The notes below the pieces were generated by a model that was not told where the DNA came from, ran no database searches, and worked only from the letters and a program-made list of their open reading frames with translations. 64,000 bases of DNA from Armatimonadota bacterium (GTDB lineage: Bacteria > Armatimonadota > UBA5829 > DSUL01): positions 224,001-288,000 of the forward strand of contig JBDHZC010000002.1 of assembly GCA_039811685.1 (NCBI GenBank), in the 5' to 3' direction. Both the position numbers and the translations under genes were made by a program. Positions 10,062 through 21,738 of the stretch are shown here, piece by piece (within the stretch, counting starts at the first letter, position 1; each line of letters starts with the position of its first letter).

Positions 10062-10996
10062 CGCTTTCACAGAAACACGTCCTCGGGCTTCAGGACATGA
10101 GCGCGCAGGACATGCTTTGCGTGCTCGATCAGGCGCAGGAGATGAAAGAGATCCTCTCCCGCCCGATCAAAAAGGTTCCCACCCTGCGCGGGAAAAGTGT
10201 GGTGACGGTATTTTTTGAGAACTCCACGCGCACCCGTATCTCCTTCGAGACGGCGGCAAAGACGCTCTCAGCCGATGTGACAGGCTTCAGCGCGTCAACC
10301 TCCAGTGTCCAGAAAGGCGAATCTCTCAAGGACACGATTTTGACTCTGAGCGCGATGGCTGCTGATGTTTTTGTCATTCGGCATCAGGCCAGCGGCGCCG
10401 CCGAGTTTGTATCTCGCTATACGGATGCCCACGTCATCAACGCCGGAGACGGACAGCACGAGCACCCGACACAGGGCTTGCTGGATATGCTCACCATCCG
10501 CCAGCACAAAGGCCGGATCGAAGGCTTGACCGTGGCCATTGTCGGCGACATCACGCACAGCCGCGTTGCCCGTTCCAACATCTGGGGGCTGACGAGACTC
10601 GGCGCGAAAGTCAGGCTGGTTGGACCGGAGACTCTGTTGCCGGCGGAAGTGAGACAGCTTCCGGTCGAGGTGTTTCACGATCTGCGGGAGGGCATTCGGG
10701 ACTGTGACGTGGTGAACGTTCTGCGAATACAACTTGAGCGCCAGGAGGCCGGATTGTTCCCGAGTCTGCGCGAATACGCCCAGCGCTTCGGCCTCAACAG
10801 CAACGCCTTGCGCGAGGCCAGACCCGACGTCTTGGTGATGCATCCCGGACCGATGAACAGGGGTGTAGAGATTGCGGCGGACGTCGCGGACGGGGAGTTT
10901 TCTGTGGTCGAAGAGCAGGTCAGCAACGGAGTCGCAGTGCGAATGGCTCTGTTGTATCTGCTCCTGGGAGGGTCAGACGATGCGGTTGCTCATTAG
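10058..10996 (+). CDS. pyrB: Aspartate carbamoyltransferase catalytic subunit
   Basis: [34 protein letters not shown]. Confidence 0.97.
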   Translation: MTLSQKHVLGLQDMSAQDMLCVLDQAQEMKEILSRPIKKVPTLRGKSVVTVFFENSTRTRISFETAAKTLSADVTGFSASTSSVQKGESLKDTILTLSAMAADVFVIRHQASGAAEFVSRYTDAHVINAGDGQHEHPTQGLLDMLTIRQHKGRIEGLTVAIVGDITHSRVARSNIWGLTRLGAKVRLVGPETLLPAEVRQLPVEVFHDLREGIRDCDVVNVLRIQLERQEAGLFPSLREYAQRFGLNSNALREARPDVLVMHPGPMNRGVEIAADVADGEFSVVEEQVSNGVAVRMALLYLLLGGSDDAVAH

Positions 10997-12293
10997 CGGC
11001 GGGCGAATCATAGATCCGGCGAGCAGCTTTGACGGAGTTGGGGACGTTCTGGTTGAGGACGGCGTTATCGCTTTCTGCGGAGAGCGCCTGCCGGAGGAGA
11101 TGAAGAGCGGTGAGGTGCGCTTGTACGACGCCTCCGGCCTGGTGGTAACTCCCGGGCTGATTGACATGCACGTCCACCTGCGGGAACCGGGACAGGAATA
11201 CAAAGAAACGCTTGAAACGGGCGGGATGGCAGCTGCAGCAGGCGGCTTCACCTCCGTTGTCCCGATGCCCAATACAGTTCCGGCCGTTGATAACCGCGCG
11301 ACAGTTGAGTACGTTGTGCGACGCGCAAAAGAGACAAGTCCTGTCCGCGTCTGGCCCACGGTGGCCGCAACCAAAGGCAACGCCAACGAAGAGATGTCCG
11401 AGATCGCCGACTGCAAAGCCGCCGGCGCTATTGCGGTCACTGACGATGCTTTTCCTCTGCAGTCCGCTGAGATGACGCGGCGCGTAATGGAGTACTGCCG
11501 CACCTTTGATCTGCCGCTTCTAACGCACTGCGAAGACAAAAGTATGACAAAGGGCGCGGTGATGAACGAAGGGCTGAGCGCAACCGTACTGGGACTCAAA
11601 GGGATGCCCAAAGCCGCAGAAGACCTGCAAGTCTCGCGCAATATTGAGCTTGCGCAGATGACAGGCTGCCGGTTGCATATTCTGCACATCTCTTCCCGCC
11701 GCTCAATCCAGATGGTGCGGGAAGCTAAGGCGCGGGGCGTAAGAGTAAGCTGCGAAACGTGTCCGCAATATTTTTCGCTGGATGATGCGATATGCCTGGG
11801 TTACAACACACTGGCGAAGTGCAGCCCGCCAATCCGCACCCGGGACGATATAGAGGCAGTGAAGGAAGGGTTGGCCGATGCGACCATTGACGCAATCGCA
11901 ACTGACCACGCTCCACACGCCGCGCACGAGAAAGAGTGCGAGTTTCAGACGGCTGCCTTTGGAATGATCGGCCTGGAGACCGCGCTGGGGCTTACTGTCA
12001 GCAAGCTGGTGGATACGGGCGTGATCTCGCTAAGCGAAGCTGTGCGCAAGATGTCCACAGCGCCCGCCGAGATTCTGGGACTTCCGCTCGGACGGCTGAG
12101 CGTCCAGAGCCCGGCGGACATCACGGTTTTCGATCCATCCGAGGAGTGGACGGTGGATCCGGAGCTATTCCAGTCGAAATCCCGCAACACACCCTTCGCG
12201 GGCTGGCGACTCAGGGGCCGAGCTGTGACAACCATCGTCGCGGGGCGGGTGGTGTACGGAGAAGTGAGAAGCGCGGAAAAAACCACCGCGTGA
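10980..12293 (+). CDS. pyrC: Dihydroorotase
   Basis: [42 protein letters not shown] before the ATG at 10980. Confidence 0.95.
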   Translation: MRLLISGGRIIDPASSFDGVGDVLVEDGVIAFCGERLPEEMKSGEVRLYDASGLVVTPGLIDMHVHLREPGQEYKETLETGGMAAAAGGFTSVVPMPNTVPAVDNRATVEYVVRRAKETSPVRVWPTVAATKGNANEEMSEIADCKAAGAIAVTDDAFPLQSAEMTRRVMEYCRTFDLPLLTHCEDKSMTKGAVMNEGLSATVLGLKGMPKAAEDLQVSRNIELAQMTGCRLHILHISSRRSIQMVREAKARGVRVSCETCPQYFSLDDAICLGYNTLAKCSPPIRTRDDIEAVKEGLADATIDAIATDHAPHAAHEKECEFQTAAFGMIGLETALGLTVSKLVDTGVISLSEAVRKMSTAPAEILGLPLGRLSVQSPADITVFDPSEEWTVDPELFQSKSRNTPFAGWRLRGRAVTTIVAGRVVYGEVRSAEKTTA

Positions 12294-12329
12294 GCTTGAG
12301 ATCACAAAGTCTGGATTGAGTCGGAGTTT

Positions 12330-13412
12330 ATGAAAGCAATATTCGCAACGGAAGACGGGACATTCTTTGAGGGGGAGTCCATCGGCGCCGCAGGCACGAG
12401 CGTGGGGGAGGTTGTCTTTTCGACGGCTATGGCCGGATATCAGGAGATGCTGAGCGACCCGTCCTTCGGAGGACAGTTGTTGACCCTGACGTACCCTCTC
12501 ATCGGCAACTACGGTGTCACTCCTGAGGATATGGAGTCTGAGCGCGTGCAGGTGGCGGGTTTCATCATTCACAACCTGTGCGAAGCGCCCAGCAACTGGC
12601 GCAGTTCAGGGACGCTGACGGAGCTTCTGCGCGCCAACCGCGTTGTGGCTGTGTCCGGAATTGATACACGGGCGGTGACCCGCCACATTCGGACAGCGGG
12701 AGAGATGATGGGAGCGCTCTCCACCGAGCACACGCGGGAGGAGCTGCTGAGCCTCCTGCGCTCTTCTCCGCGCTACGAAGAGATCAACTACGTCGAGAAG
12801 GCGAGCGCACCCGGCCGCTACGTCTTTCCCGCCGCCACGCAGACGAAGAAGCGCGTCGCCCTTCTGGACTACGGAGTCAAGCGCAATATCCTGCGGGAGC
12901 TGTCGAAGCTGGGTTGTGAGACTACTGTCTATCCGTACGCAACCAGCGCCAGGGAAATCCTTGAGGCTGGCCCTGACGGTGTTGTGATATCCCCGGGGCC
13001 GGGCGATCCAGAGAGACTGCTCAGCGTTGTTGAGGATGTGAAGACGCTGGCGGAATCCGGAACGCCCCTGATGGGCATCTGCCTGGGACACCAGACGCTC
13101 GGACGCGCCTACGGCGCAAAGACCTACAAGATGCCCTTCGGGCACCGGGGCGGCAATCATCCGGTGAAGGACCTGGCCAGCGGGCGCGTTTATATAACGA
13201 GCCAGAATCACGGCTACGCGGTGGACCCGGACGGGTTGGCGGGCTCGGACATGGAGATTGCTCAGATCAATTTGAACGATGGAACGGTTGAGGGACTGCG
13301 GCACAGGACCAGGCCGGTATTCTCGATCCAGTACCATCCGGAAGCCTCTCCCGGCCCGGTGGATTCCAACTACTTTTTTCACCAGTTCATGAAGATGATG
13401 GGAGAAAGCTGA
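12330..13412 (+). CDS. carA: Carbamoyl-phosphate synthase small subunit
   Basis: GEVVF, GPGDP, GICLGHQ, SQNHGY, QYHPEASPGP. Confidence 0.97.
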   Translation: MKAIFATEDGTFFEGESIGAAGTSVGEVVFSTAMAGYQEMLSDPSFGGQLLTLTYPLIGNYGVTPEDMESERVQVAGFIIHNLCEAPSNWRSSGTLTELLRANRVVAVSGIDTRAVTRHIRTAGEMMGALSTEHTREELLSLLRSSPRYEEINYVEKASAPGRYVFPAATQTKKRVALLDYGVKRNILRELSKLGCETTVYPYATSAREILEAGPDGVVISPGPGDPERLLSVVEDVKTLAESGTPLMGICLGHQTLGRAYGAKTYKMPFGHRGGNHPVKDLASGRVYITSQNHGYAVDPDGLAGSDMEIAQINLNDGTVEGLRHRTRPVFSIQYHPEASPGPVDSNYFFHQFMKMMGES

Positions 13413-13490
13413 GCAGGCGCAAAGCGCTGGCCGCGTGTATCCGAAGCCGACGCGGAGCACACCTCAAAGCGAAAGACTGAAAGAGTTTAT

Positions 13491-16400
13491 ATGCCCAGAC
13501 GTGACGATATCAAGAAGGTAATGGTGATTGGCAGCGGCCCGATTGTGATAGGCCAGGCCGCGGAGTTTGACTACGCGGGAACACAGGCCTGCCGCTCGCT
13601 GCGCGAGGAAGGCTGCGAGGTCGTGCTGATCAACTCCAACCCGGCCACCATTATGACGGATACGGAGATGGCGGATCGGGTCTATATCGAGCCGTTGAAC
13701 GTTGAGTTCGCCTCCCGCGTCATTGCTGAGGAACGCCCGGACGGCCTACTTCCGACGCTGGGAGGTCAGACTGGACTCAATCTGGCGGTTGCGCTTGCAG
13801 AATCCGGAATACTGGATGAGCACGGCGTTCAACTTCTGGGCACGCCGCTTCAGTCCATTCGAAAAGCCGAAGACCGGGAGCTCTTCCGCCAGCTTATGCA
13901 AGAGATTGGAGAGCCTGTCCCCGAAAGCTGGATCGTTACAGATGCGCACGAGCTCCAGGAGATCGCTCAAATGGGCGTGTTTCCGCTGATCATACGGCCT
14001 GCCTACACGCTGGGTGGCACGGGCGGGGGCGTAGCTCACGACGCTGAGGAGTTGATGGAAATCGGTCAGCGAGGGCTCAGCCTGTCCATGCGCAGCCAGG
14101 TCATGGTTGAGCGCTCTCTGTTGGGCTGGAAAGAGATTGAGTACGAAGTGATGCGCGATGGCGCGGACAACGCGATCACCGTATGCAACATGGAAAACTT
14201 CGATCCGATGGGCGTGCATACGGGGGATTCGATTGTTGTCGCGCCTACCCAGACCCTCTCCGACAAAGAGTATCAGCTTCTGCGCGCTGCATCTCTGAAA
14301 ATTATACGGGCGCTGGGCATCGAAGGCGGATGTAATGTGCAGCTTGCGCTGGACCCGCACAGCTTCCAGTACTATGTCATCGAAGTCAATCCGCGCGTCA
14401 GCCGATCTTCCGCTCTGGCGTCCAAAGCCACCGGCTATCCGATCGCGCGAGTCGCCTCCAAGATCGCCATCGGCCTGACGCTGGATGAGATTCCCAACGC
14501 CGTCACGCAGAAGACCAAAGCCTGTTTTGAGCCTGCGCTGGACTACTGCGTGGTAAAAATCCCCCGGTGGCCATTCGACAAGTTTACGTCCGCAGACCGC
14601 ACAATCAGCACCCAGATGAAGGCTACCGGAGAAGTGATGTCCATTGACCGGACCTTCGAAAGCGCTTTGATGAAAGCTGTGCGCTCTCTGGAGATCGGCG
14701 TGCACTCCCTGACACTCAAGAATGCGGAGCGCTGGGGGCCGATGGAGATCGAAGAAGGGCTGAAAACAGCAACGGACGAGCGGCTGTTTGTTATCGCTGA
14801 GGCACTGCGCCAGGGGATGATGGTGCAGGAAATAGCGGCAATATCGCTGGTTGATCCGTGGTTCATTGTAAAGATCGAGAACATCATCCAGGCTGAGAAC
14901 GAGGCCAGGAGCAAAGCGCCGCTGATCCGGGCTTTTGTACAGGACAGCGCAGAGAACGCCGGGCAGGAGAGCGGGCATGAGCTTGTGCTCAAACTCAAAA
15001 AGCTGGGTTTTCAGGACAGAACAATCGCAGAGTTTGCCAGCGTCCACGAAGACGATCTGCGACGCGCGCGTATTCAGGCTGGCATCAAACCCACCTACAA
15101 GATAGTGGACACATGCGCGGCCGAGTTTGAGGCGGTGACGCCGTATCTCTACTCCTGCTACGACGGAGAAAACGAGGCACAGGAGATTACGTCCCGGACG
15201 GCAGGTAAGAAGCGGGCGATTGTTATCGGCTCTGGCCCCATCCGCATCGGGCAGGGAATTGAGTTCGATTACTGCAGCGTGCACAGCGTCTGGGCACTGC
15301 GGAAATCCGGCTACGAATCAATTATTGTGAACAACAATCCCGAAACCGTGTCAACGGACTTTGACACCTCCGACCGCCTCTATTTTGAGCCGCTGACTCC
15401 GGAAGACGTGCTCAACATAATTGACGAAGAACAGCCCGAGGGGGTGATTCTGCAGTTTGGCGGGCAGACGGCGATCAATCTCGCGGAGCCCCTTCACCGG
15501 GCTGGAGTGAAGATATTCGGCTCGTCCTTTGAGAGTATTGACCGCTCTGAAGACCGCAACCTTTTCGAGCAGATGCTCACACGCCTCAATGTGCCCAAGC
15601 CCGCTGGCCGCGCGGTTACGAACATCGAAGCGGCGCTGGAAGTGGCCGATGAAATTGGCTATCCGGTGCTGGTACGCCCGTCGTACGTGCTTGGGGGACG
15701 CGCGATGGAGATCGTCAACAGCCGTCTGGAGCTGATGGCGTATATGAACTATGTCGTGCAGGTTTCGCCGAAAGCGCCCATTCTGATAGACAAGTACATC
15801 ATCGGCAAAGAGATGGAGGTGGACGTCATCGCCGATGGCACGGACTGCCTGATCCCCCAGATTATGGAGCATATCGAGCGCGCGGGCGTGCACTCTGGAG
15901 ACTCTATGGCGGTGTGTCCGTCGCGCAGCTTTTCGCCAGACGTCATCGATCAGATGGTGCGCTATGCGACAGACATTGCGCTGGACCTCGAAGTCCGGGG
16001 CCTGATGAACATTCAGTTTGTCCTGGACAACGGACAGGTTCAGGTGCTTGAGGTCAACCCGCGCTCCAGCCGCACGGTGCCCTACCTTTCCAAGATTACA
16101 GGCGTGCCGATGATCCAGGTGGCTACCCGGGTTATGCTGGGTGAAAGTCTGAAGGACCAGGGCTACACCAGCGGGCTGATGGAGCCACGGGGCATGTTCG
16201 CCGTCAAAGCGCCTGTGTTCTCATTTGCCAAACTCACAGAAGTGGATGTTGCTCTGGGACCTGAGATGAAATCCACCGGAGAGATTATGGGGGTGGATTT
16301 TGACTTTGGGCGCGCTTTGTACAAGGCGATGGTTGCCAGCGGGGTAGATGTGCCATCAGCCGGCAAGATGATTATCACCTGCGCAGACCCGGATAAGGAA

Positions 16401-16799
16401 GAAGCTCTGGAGATCGCCAGGGGCTTTGAGAAGCTGGGATACCGGATCTACGCTACTGAAGGCACAAGCCGCTTCCTGCGCGAGCGCGGGATTGACGCTT
16501 TGAGAGTGAACAAAATCAGCGAAGGATCGCCGACCCTCCTGGACCTCATCCGGCTGGGAAAGGTAGATTTGCTGGTGAACACTGTGTCGCGCGACAAGCG
16601 CATTGAGCAGGAAGGCTCCATCATCCGCAAGACGTCGGTCCAGCACCAGATTCCCTGCCTGACGTCACTGGACACAGCGCGGGCTCTGTTGCTCGCTTTG
16701 TCACAGCGCAGGGATCGGGAAGCGATGTCCTGCCTGCCCATAAATGAGTATTTCCAACGCTCCGCGCCTCATCTCCGCACCGTGGAGACCGTGCAGTGA
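13491..16799 (+). CDS. carB: Carbamoyl-phosphate synthase large subunit
   Basis: [15 protein letters not shown], duplicated ATP-grasp halves and C-terminal MGS domain. Confidence 0.98.
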   Translation: MPRRDDIKKVMVIGSGPIVIGQAAEFDYAGTQACRSLREEGCEVVLINSNPATIMTDTEMADRVYIEPLNVEFASRVIAEERPDGLLPTLGGQTGLNLAVALAESGILDEHGVQLLGTPLQSIRKAEDRELFRQLMQEIGEPVPESWIVTDAHELQEIAQMGVFPLIIRPAYTLGGTGGGVAHDAEELMEIGQRGLSLSMRSQVMVERSLLGWKEIEYEVMRDGADNAITVCNMENFDPMGVHTGDSIVVAPTQTLSDKEYQLLRAASLKIIRALGIEGGCNVQLALDPHSFQYYVIEVNPRVSRSSALASKATGYPIARVASKIAIGLTLDEIPNAVTQKTKACFEPALDYCVVKIPRWPFDKFTSADRTISTQMKATGEVMSIDRTFESALMKAVRSLEIGVHSLTLKNAERWGPMEIEEGLKTATDERLFVIAEALRQGMMVQEIAAISLVDPWFIVKIENIIQAENEARSKAPLIRAFVQDSAENAGQESGHELVLKLKKLGFQDRTIAEFASVHEDDLRRARIQAGIKPTYKIVDTCAAEFEAVTPYLYSCYDGENEAQEITSRTAGKKRAIVIGSGPIRIGQGIEFDYCSVHSVWALRKSGYESIIVNNNPETVSTDFDTSDRLYFEPLTPEDVLNIIDEEQPEGVILQFGGQTAINLAEPLHRAGVKIFGSSFESIDRSEDRNLFEQMLTRLNVPKPAGRAVTNIEAALEVADEIGYPVLVRPSYVLGGRAMEIVNSRLELMAYMNYVVQVSPKAPILIDKYIIGKEMEVDVIADGTDCLIPQIMEHIERAGVHSGDSMAVCPSRSFSPDVIDQMVRYATDIALDLEVRGLMNIQFVLDNGQVQVLEVNPRSSRTVPYLSKITGVPMIQVATRVMLGESLKDQGYTSGLMEPRGMFAVKAPVFSFAKLTEVDVALGPEMKSTGEIMGVDFDFGRALYKAMVASGVDVPSAGKMIITCADPDKEEALEIARGFEKLGYRIYATEGTSRFLRERGIDALRVNKISEGSPTLLDLIRLGKVDLLVNTVSRDKRIEQEGSIIRKTSVQHQIPCLTSLDTARALLLALSQRRDREAMSCLPINEYFQRSAPHLRTVETVQ

Positions 16800-17632
16800 G
16801 TAGTAACACGGCCAGGCAGGCTTTTACGCGGTTTACTCGCCGGGTCCCCATCACAAGGACGGAGCACCTGGCGGGTGACATCTACCGGCACCACATCCAC
16901 TTCCCCGAGATTGCCGAGGGCGCTCAACCGGGACAGTTTGTGGAAGTCAAGGTCAGCAACGACTTTGACCCGCTGCTTCCTCGTCCGTTTTCCGTGAATC
17001 AGGTTGACCGCGAAAACGGTGTTTTCACAATTCTCTACGAAGCGCTCGGGCAGTTTACCAAAGAGATTGCCGGGATGAGCGCTGGCGAAGAGCTGCAGAT
17101 TCTGGGGCCTCTCGGGCGGCCGTATCCACTGGGGAGCGATGAGTGTGACGAGATTGTGCTGGTGGCGGGCGGTCTGGGAATTGCGTCGTTCTATCACGCG
17201 GCGTGGACTTTGCGGGAGGCCGGTGATGAAAGGCCCGTGCGCCTGTTTTACGGAGCGCGCAACCGCCATTCGGTAGTCCAGCTTGAGGATTATGAGGCGC
17301 TGGGAGTAAGTGTTGAAGTGGTGACGGATGACGGCAGTCTGGGCGAGAAGGCGCTGGTCACCACCCCTCTGACCCGCTATCTGCAGACTCAGCCACGCCG
17401 CCCGGCTCTCTACGTCTGCGGCCCTACCCCGATGATGAAAGCGGTCAGCGAGATTGCGCAGATTGAGCGGGTGAAGTGCTATCTCTCGCTGGAGACGTAT
17501 ATGGCCTGCGGAATTGGCACGTGCGTGGGGTGTGCGATAAAGCTGCGCACGGGCGACGGAGCAGACGATTTTGTCTATGGCCGCGCCTGCGTGGAAGGGC
17601 CTGTTATTGAGGCTGAAAGACTGGTCTGGTAA
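16796..17632 (+). CDS. pyrK: Dihydroorotate dehydrogenase electron transfer subunit
   Basis: [27 protein letters not shown]...CVEGP (2Fe-2S). Confidence 0.93.
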   Translation: MSSNTARQAFTRFTRRVPITRTEHLAGDIYRHHIHFPEIAEGAQPGQFVEVKVSNDFDPLLPRPFSVNQVDRENGVFTILYEALGQFTKEIAGMSAGEELQILGPLGRPYPLGSDECDEIVLVAGGLGIASFYHAAWTLREAGDERPVRLFYGARNRHSVVQLEDYEALGVSVEVVTDDGSLGEKALVTTPLTRYLQTQPRRPALYVCGPTPMMKAVSEIAQIERVKCYLSLETYMACGIGTCVGCAIKLRTGDGADDFVYGRACVEGPVIEAERLVW

Positions 17633-17639
17633 CTAGAGT

Positions 17640-18599
17640 ATGACTTCAGAAACCTCCGAACAACAGAGCCTCTCAATGGCGGTTGAGATCGGCCCGGTCC
17701 GGCTCAAAAACCCTGTAACGGTCGCCTCCGGAACCTTTGGATTTGGCCGGGAATATGCGCAGCTTTTCGATTTGTCGCAGCTTGGCGGTATTTTCGTCAA
17801 AGGGACGTCTCTGGAGCCGCGCCGGGGAAATCCCCCCCAACGGATATACGAAACTGCCGCAGGAATGCTGAACTCGATCGGGCTGCAGAACGACGGCGTT
17901 GAGGCGTTTATCGCGGAGAAGCTGCCGTTTCTCAACCAGTTTGATACGCAGATTTTCGTGAACATCGTGGGAAACCGTATCGAGGAGTACGCTGAGCTGG
18001 CGCGTATTCTGGACGATCAGCCGGGAGTCGCGGGCCTTGAGATCAACATCTCATGCCCCAATGTCGAGCACGGTCACGCCGAGTTTGCGAGCGATCCTAC
18101 AGCAACCTGCAACGTAGTCAGCGCGGTACGCCGCGCGACCGGCAAGGTGGTGATTCCCAAGCTCTCTCCCAATGTGACCGATATCACCGCGTTTGCCAGG
18201 GCAAGTGAAGACGGAGGAGCGGACGCTGTCTCGCTGATCAACACTCTTGTGGGGACAGCTATCGACGTGAAGACGCGACGCTTCCGGCTGGCAAATGTTA
18301 CGGGCGGGCTTTCCGGGCCGTGCATCAAGCCCATTGCGTTGAGGATGGTCTATCAGTGCGCTCAGACTGTCTCGATTCCAGTCATCGGGATCGGCGGCAT
18401 TTCAACGTGGACGGATGCCGTTGAGTTTCTGCTGGCGGGTGCGACGGCTATTCAGGTCGGGACGGCCAGTTTCGCCAATCCGCTGGCAGCATTGGAGATC
18501 ATTGACGGCGTTGAGGCTTACCTCCAGGACAACGGCTTGAACAGCCCTTCACAAATCACAGGAAAGGTAGAAAGAGGTCCCGTTGACCCTGTCCTCTGA
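17640..18599 (+). CDS. pyrD: Dihydroorotate dehydrogenase (class 1B) catalytic subunit
   Basis: ASGTFG, NSIGLQN, NISCPN, KLSPNV, GGLSG, GIGGI. Confidence 0.96.
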   Translation: MTSETSEQQSLSMAVEIGPVRLKNPVTVASGTFGFGREYAQLFDLSQLGGIFVKGTSLEPRRGNPPQRIYETAAGMLNSIGLQNDGVEAFIAEKLPFLNQFDTQIFVNIVGNRIEEYAELARILDDQPGVAGLEINISCPNVEHGHAEFASDPTATCNVVSAVRRATGKVVIPKLSPNVTDITAFARASEDGGADAVSLINTLVGTAIDVKTRRFRLANVTGGLSGPCIKPIALRMVYQCAQTVSIPVIGIGGISTWTDAVEFLLAGATAIQVGTASFANPLAALEIIDGVEAYLQDNGLNSPSQITGKVERGPVDPVL

Positions 18600-19338
18600 G
18601 CGTTTGATTGTCGCGCTGGACTTTGCAGACGTTGCGAGCGCGCGTGAGATGACCAGCCGTCTGGCCACCTACGATATTGCCTTCAAAGTGGGGCTGGAGC
18701 TGTTTGTCGCACAAGGGCCTCGCGTTCTTGATGAGCTGCGAGAGGCAGGCGCGCGACGCTTCTTTCTGGATCTGAAGTTTCACGATATTCCCAACACGAT
18801 GGCGGGCGCCGTGCGCTCAGCGGCAAAAGAGGGAGTGTGGATGATGAACGTCCACGCAAGCGCAGGCTCCGCCGCGCTGAAAAGGTGTGCGGATGAGCTT
18901 ACGGAGGGTGCGGGGAGTTCCGGGCTTCCCAGGCCAATTCTGATTGCGGTGACCGTCCTGACCAGCCTGGACGAAAACGCTCTTGGACAGGAGCTGGGTG
19001 TTGCGCGTCCGATTGAGCAGCAGGTTATCACTCTGGCGAAGATGACGCAGGAGTGCGGACTGGACGGTGTTGTAGCGCCTGCGCCGGATGCGCGCGCGAT
19101 CCGGTCCGCATGCGGGGACGCTTTTAAGATTGTCTCGCCAGGAATCCGGCCGGCGGGCGCCCAGATAAACGATCAGGCGCGCATCAACACGCCCTCTGGC
19201 GCAATTAGAGACGGCGCTGACTACCTGGTGGTGGGACGCCCAATCACGCAGGCCGCGGATCCGGGCAAGGCGTGTGAAGAACTGCTTCGGGAAATTGGAC
19301 AGGCAATTCTCTACGAACCCAACGCAGAGAAAGCCTGA
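18583..19338 (+). CDS. pyrF: Orotidine-5'-phosphate decarboxylase
   Basis: IVALD, FLDLKFHDIPNT, PGIR, VVGRPIT. Confidence 0.96.
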   Translation: MTLSSERLIVALDFADVASAREMTSRLATYDIAFKVGLELFVAQGPRVLDELREAGARRFFLDLKFHDIPNTMAGAVRSAAKEGVWMMNVHASAGSAALKRCADELTEGAGSSGLPRPILIAVTVLTSLDENALGQELGVARPIEQQVITLAKMTQECGLDGVVAPAPDARAIRSACGDAFKIVSPGIRPAGAQINDQARINTPSGAIRDGADYLVVGRPITQAADPGKACEELLREIGQAILYEPNAEKA

Positions 19339-19347
19339 ACCGAGACC

Positions 19348-20106
19348 CTAGCGCCGGCGATTGCGGGCAGCGCTGATCAGCTCTTCAAACAGTACGCGAA
19401 AGCGCTCCCTTACCTCCGCGTCTTTCGCCCGCTCCGGGTGCCACTGGACCGCAAAGAAATAGGGGTGACCTTGCATCTCCAGAGCCTCAATCAGCCCATC
19501 CGCTGAATGCGCCACAGCTTTGAGACCGGGCGCAAGTTCGGCTTCACTGATGCCCTGATGGTGATAGCTGTTGACTGTCATCTCGCCGTCTCCCGCAAGC
19601 GATGCAAAGTCTGAACCAGCGACGGTCTCAACATTGTGAATGGGACGCTGAGTGCCTCTGGGAAAGCGATGTTGCACGCTGGAGGACCAGGCCGGGAGAT
19701 GCAAAATCAGAGCGCCTCCGGCGGCGACGTTAAGCGTCTGCATCCCGCGGCAGATTCCCAGAACAGGCATGCTCCCCGCCAGAGCCTTCCGGGCGAGCGG
19801 TAGCTCGTACGCGTCCCGCTTTGGATCCACGGAGATGCGGTTCTGGCGCGCAAGATCAGACTCTCTGAGAGCGGCGTATTCCTTCCGCAGAGGAAACAGT
19901 GATGGCTGGATATCCACGCCACCACTGAAAATCAGCGCGTCACAGTTCAGCGCGCTCTCTTCGTCACCTTTGCCAATTAGCACAGGCACACCGCCAGCTT
20001 CGCGCACGGCGCGCCGATAATCCACAGCGCAAAGACGGCGCGGCATGCGTGTCCCGATGGTGATTCCAATGTGCGGCTTGTTTGTAGCTCTTCGTTCTGT
20101 CTCCAT
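19348..20106 (-). CDS. Gamma-glutamyl-gamma-aminobutyrate hydrolase family (peptidase C26, PuuD-like)
   Basis: SGGVDI, RD.YE, GICRGMQ, VNSYHHQ, VQWHPE. Confidence 0.9.
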   Translation of the reverse strand: METERRATNKPHIGITIGTRMPRRLCAVDYRRAVREAGGVPVLIGKGDEESALNCDALIFSGGVDIQPSLFPLRKEYAALRESDLARQNRISVDPKRDAYELPLARKALAGSMPVLGICRGMQTLNVAAGGALILHLPAWSSSVQHRFPRGTQRPIHNVETVAGSDFASLAGDGEMTVNSYHHQGISEAELAPGLKAVAHSADGLIEALEMQGHPYFFAVQWHPERAKDAEVRERFRVLFEELISAARNRRR

Positions 20107-20172
20107 ATCTGGACGTATTGTAGCGAGGTCCCCTTTGAACAGCCAGAGACTCTCTTGCGTATAATGCTCTGC

Positions 20173-20886
20173 GTGAATGAGCGTGTTCTGGAAGTCATAC
20201 GGTTGCCCCGTCTCTCCTATGCAGACGGGCTGGAGCTTCAGAGCCGCATCGTGCGTGAGGTTCAGCAGAAATCGAGGGCCGACACACTGTTGCTATTGGA
20301 GCACGATCCGGTGATTACGCTCGGGCGAGCGTGGAAACCGGAAAACCTCCTTCACTCCAAAGCGTGGTTTCACGCGCAGGGTATTGAAGTCCAGGAAACG
20401 ACCCGGGGCGGCGATGTCACCTACCACGGCCCGGGACAACTCGTGGGCTATCCGATTATCTCATTGAGCGAACGCGGGCAGGACGTGCACCGCTATCTGC
20501 GGGACATCGAAGCCGCGCTTATCCAGACTGTTGAGAGTTTTCAGCTACAGGCACGGGCGGGGGATGACCCAACAGGAGTGTGGGTCAAGGGGCGCAAGAT
20601 AGCGGCTATCGGTATTCGCGTGCAGCGCTGGGTGACCAGCCACGGCTTTGCGCTCAATGTGAATACGGACCTCTCTGCCTTCGACCTTATTATTGCCTGT
20701 GGTTTGAAAGACAGGCAGACTACGTCACTGGCCAGGGAGACCGGTCGCGAAGTGGATATGGAGACGGCTCAGGACGCAGTCACGGCAGCGTTCTCGGAAG
20801 TTTTCGGGGCAAAGATACAGCAAAGGCCGCCAGAGGAGCTTCTCCTGACGGCCGGGAGTGGCAGAGCCTCTGAGAAGGAGCGCTAA
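20173..20886 (+). CDS. lipB: Octanoyltransferase LipB
   Basis: LEHDPV.TLG, RGGDVTYHGPGQLVGYPI, KIAAIG, HGFALNV. The GTG start at 20173 is inferred. Confidence 0.95.
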   Translation: MNERVLEVIRLPRLSYADGLELQSRIVREVQQKSRADTLLLLEHDPVITLGRAWKPENLLHSKAWFHAQGIEVQETTRGGDVTYHGPGQLVGYPIISLSERGQDVHRYLRDIEAALIQTVESFQLQARAGDDPTGVWVKGRKIAAIGIRVQRWVTSHGFALNVNTDLSAFDLIIACGLKDRQTTSLARETGREVDMETAQDAVTAAFSEVFGAKIQQRPPEELLLTAGSGRASEKER

Positions 20887-21632
20887 GCGCCTGCTTCCTG
20901 CAGGACCTCCTCAGGAATATCAAAGTTCGCAAAGACGTGCTGAACGTCGTCGTGATCTTCCAGCATATCCATCAAGCGCAGCACCTGTGAAGCCTCTTTA
21001 CCCTCCACGCGCACCGTATTCTGCGGAACCATAGTTGGCTCTGCGCTCAGAACAGCGATGCCTGCCTGATCCAGCGCTTCGCGCACCGCTGTCAGATTTT
21101 CTGGCGGACAGCTTACCTCGATCACTTCTCCGTCCACCGTCACATCTTCCGCGCCTGCGTCCATGACCGCCATCAGCACATCGTCTTCAGAAGCGTCTGA
21201 GGCGTTGACGTGAACAACTCCCTTGTTTTCAAAAATCCACCCGACGCAGCCAGTCTCACCCATATTCCCGCCGCACTTGCTGAAGATTGCCCGCAGGTCC
21301 GCGACAGTGCGGTTACGGTTGTCAGTGAGACACTGCACCATAACAGCGACGCCTCCTGACCCGTACCCTTCGTAGGTCACCTCGTCGTAGTTGACGCCTT
21401 CAAGCTCACCCGTGCCACGCTGAATAGCCCGCTTGATATTGTCCGCGGGCATGCTGTTGTCCCGCGCCTTCTGAACAGCCAGACGCAGCCGGAGATTGGT
21501 ATCCGGATTCCCTCCTCCAGCCTTGGCCGCTACGATAATTTCACGCGCCAGTTTTGTGAAGACTTTGCCGCGCTCCGCATCCTGCTTGCCTTTTCTAAGG
21601 CGGATGTTGTGCCATTTAGAGTGACCGGACAT
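20883..21632 (-). CDS. yebC: YebC/PmpR family protein
   Basis: MSGHSKW.NI, YEGYG.GG, TDNRNRT, DDVQ.VF.N. Confidence 0.97.
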   Translation of the reverse strand: MSGHSKWHNIRLRKGKQDAERGKVFTKLAREIIVAAKAGGGNPDTNLRLRLAVQKARDNSMPADNIKRAIQRGTGELEGVNYDEVTYEGYGSGGVAVMVQCLTDNRNRTVADLRAIFSKCGGNMGETGCVGWIFENKGVVHVNASDASEDDVLMAVMDAGAEDVTVDGEVIEVSCPPENLTAVREALDQAGIAVLSAEPTMVPQNTVRVEGKEASQVLRLMDMLEDHDDVQHVFANFDIPEEVLQEAGA

Positions 21633-21712
21633 GAAACGAACCTTTCGAGGATCAGAAGACTGAAAACGGAGTCAAACACCGTGGGCCTTCAGAGCCGCAC
21701 GCTTGCCGAAGA

Positions 21713-21721
21713 ATTATACCA
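21713..21721 (-). promoter_or_regulatory. Extended -10 promoter for yebC
   Basis: TGGTATAAT on the minus strand about 80 nt upstream of the yebC ATG. Confidence 0.6.
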
Positions 21722-21738
21722 CTGCCAGCAAAGAGATG

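Noticed and set aside
13746..15284. 512-aa minus-strand ORF and similar long antisense ORFs (e.g. 27260..28342, 12606..13460, 39507..40310, 35382..36188)
   Set aside because: They lie antisense to well-conserved genes and have no motifs. They are typical shadow ORFs of GC-rich codon usage.
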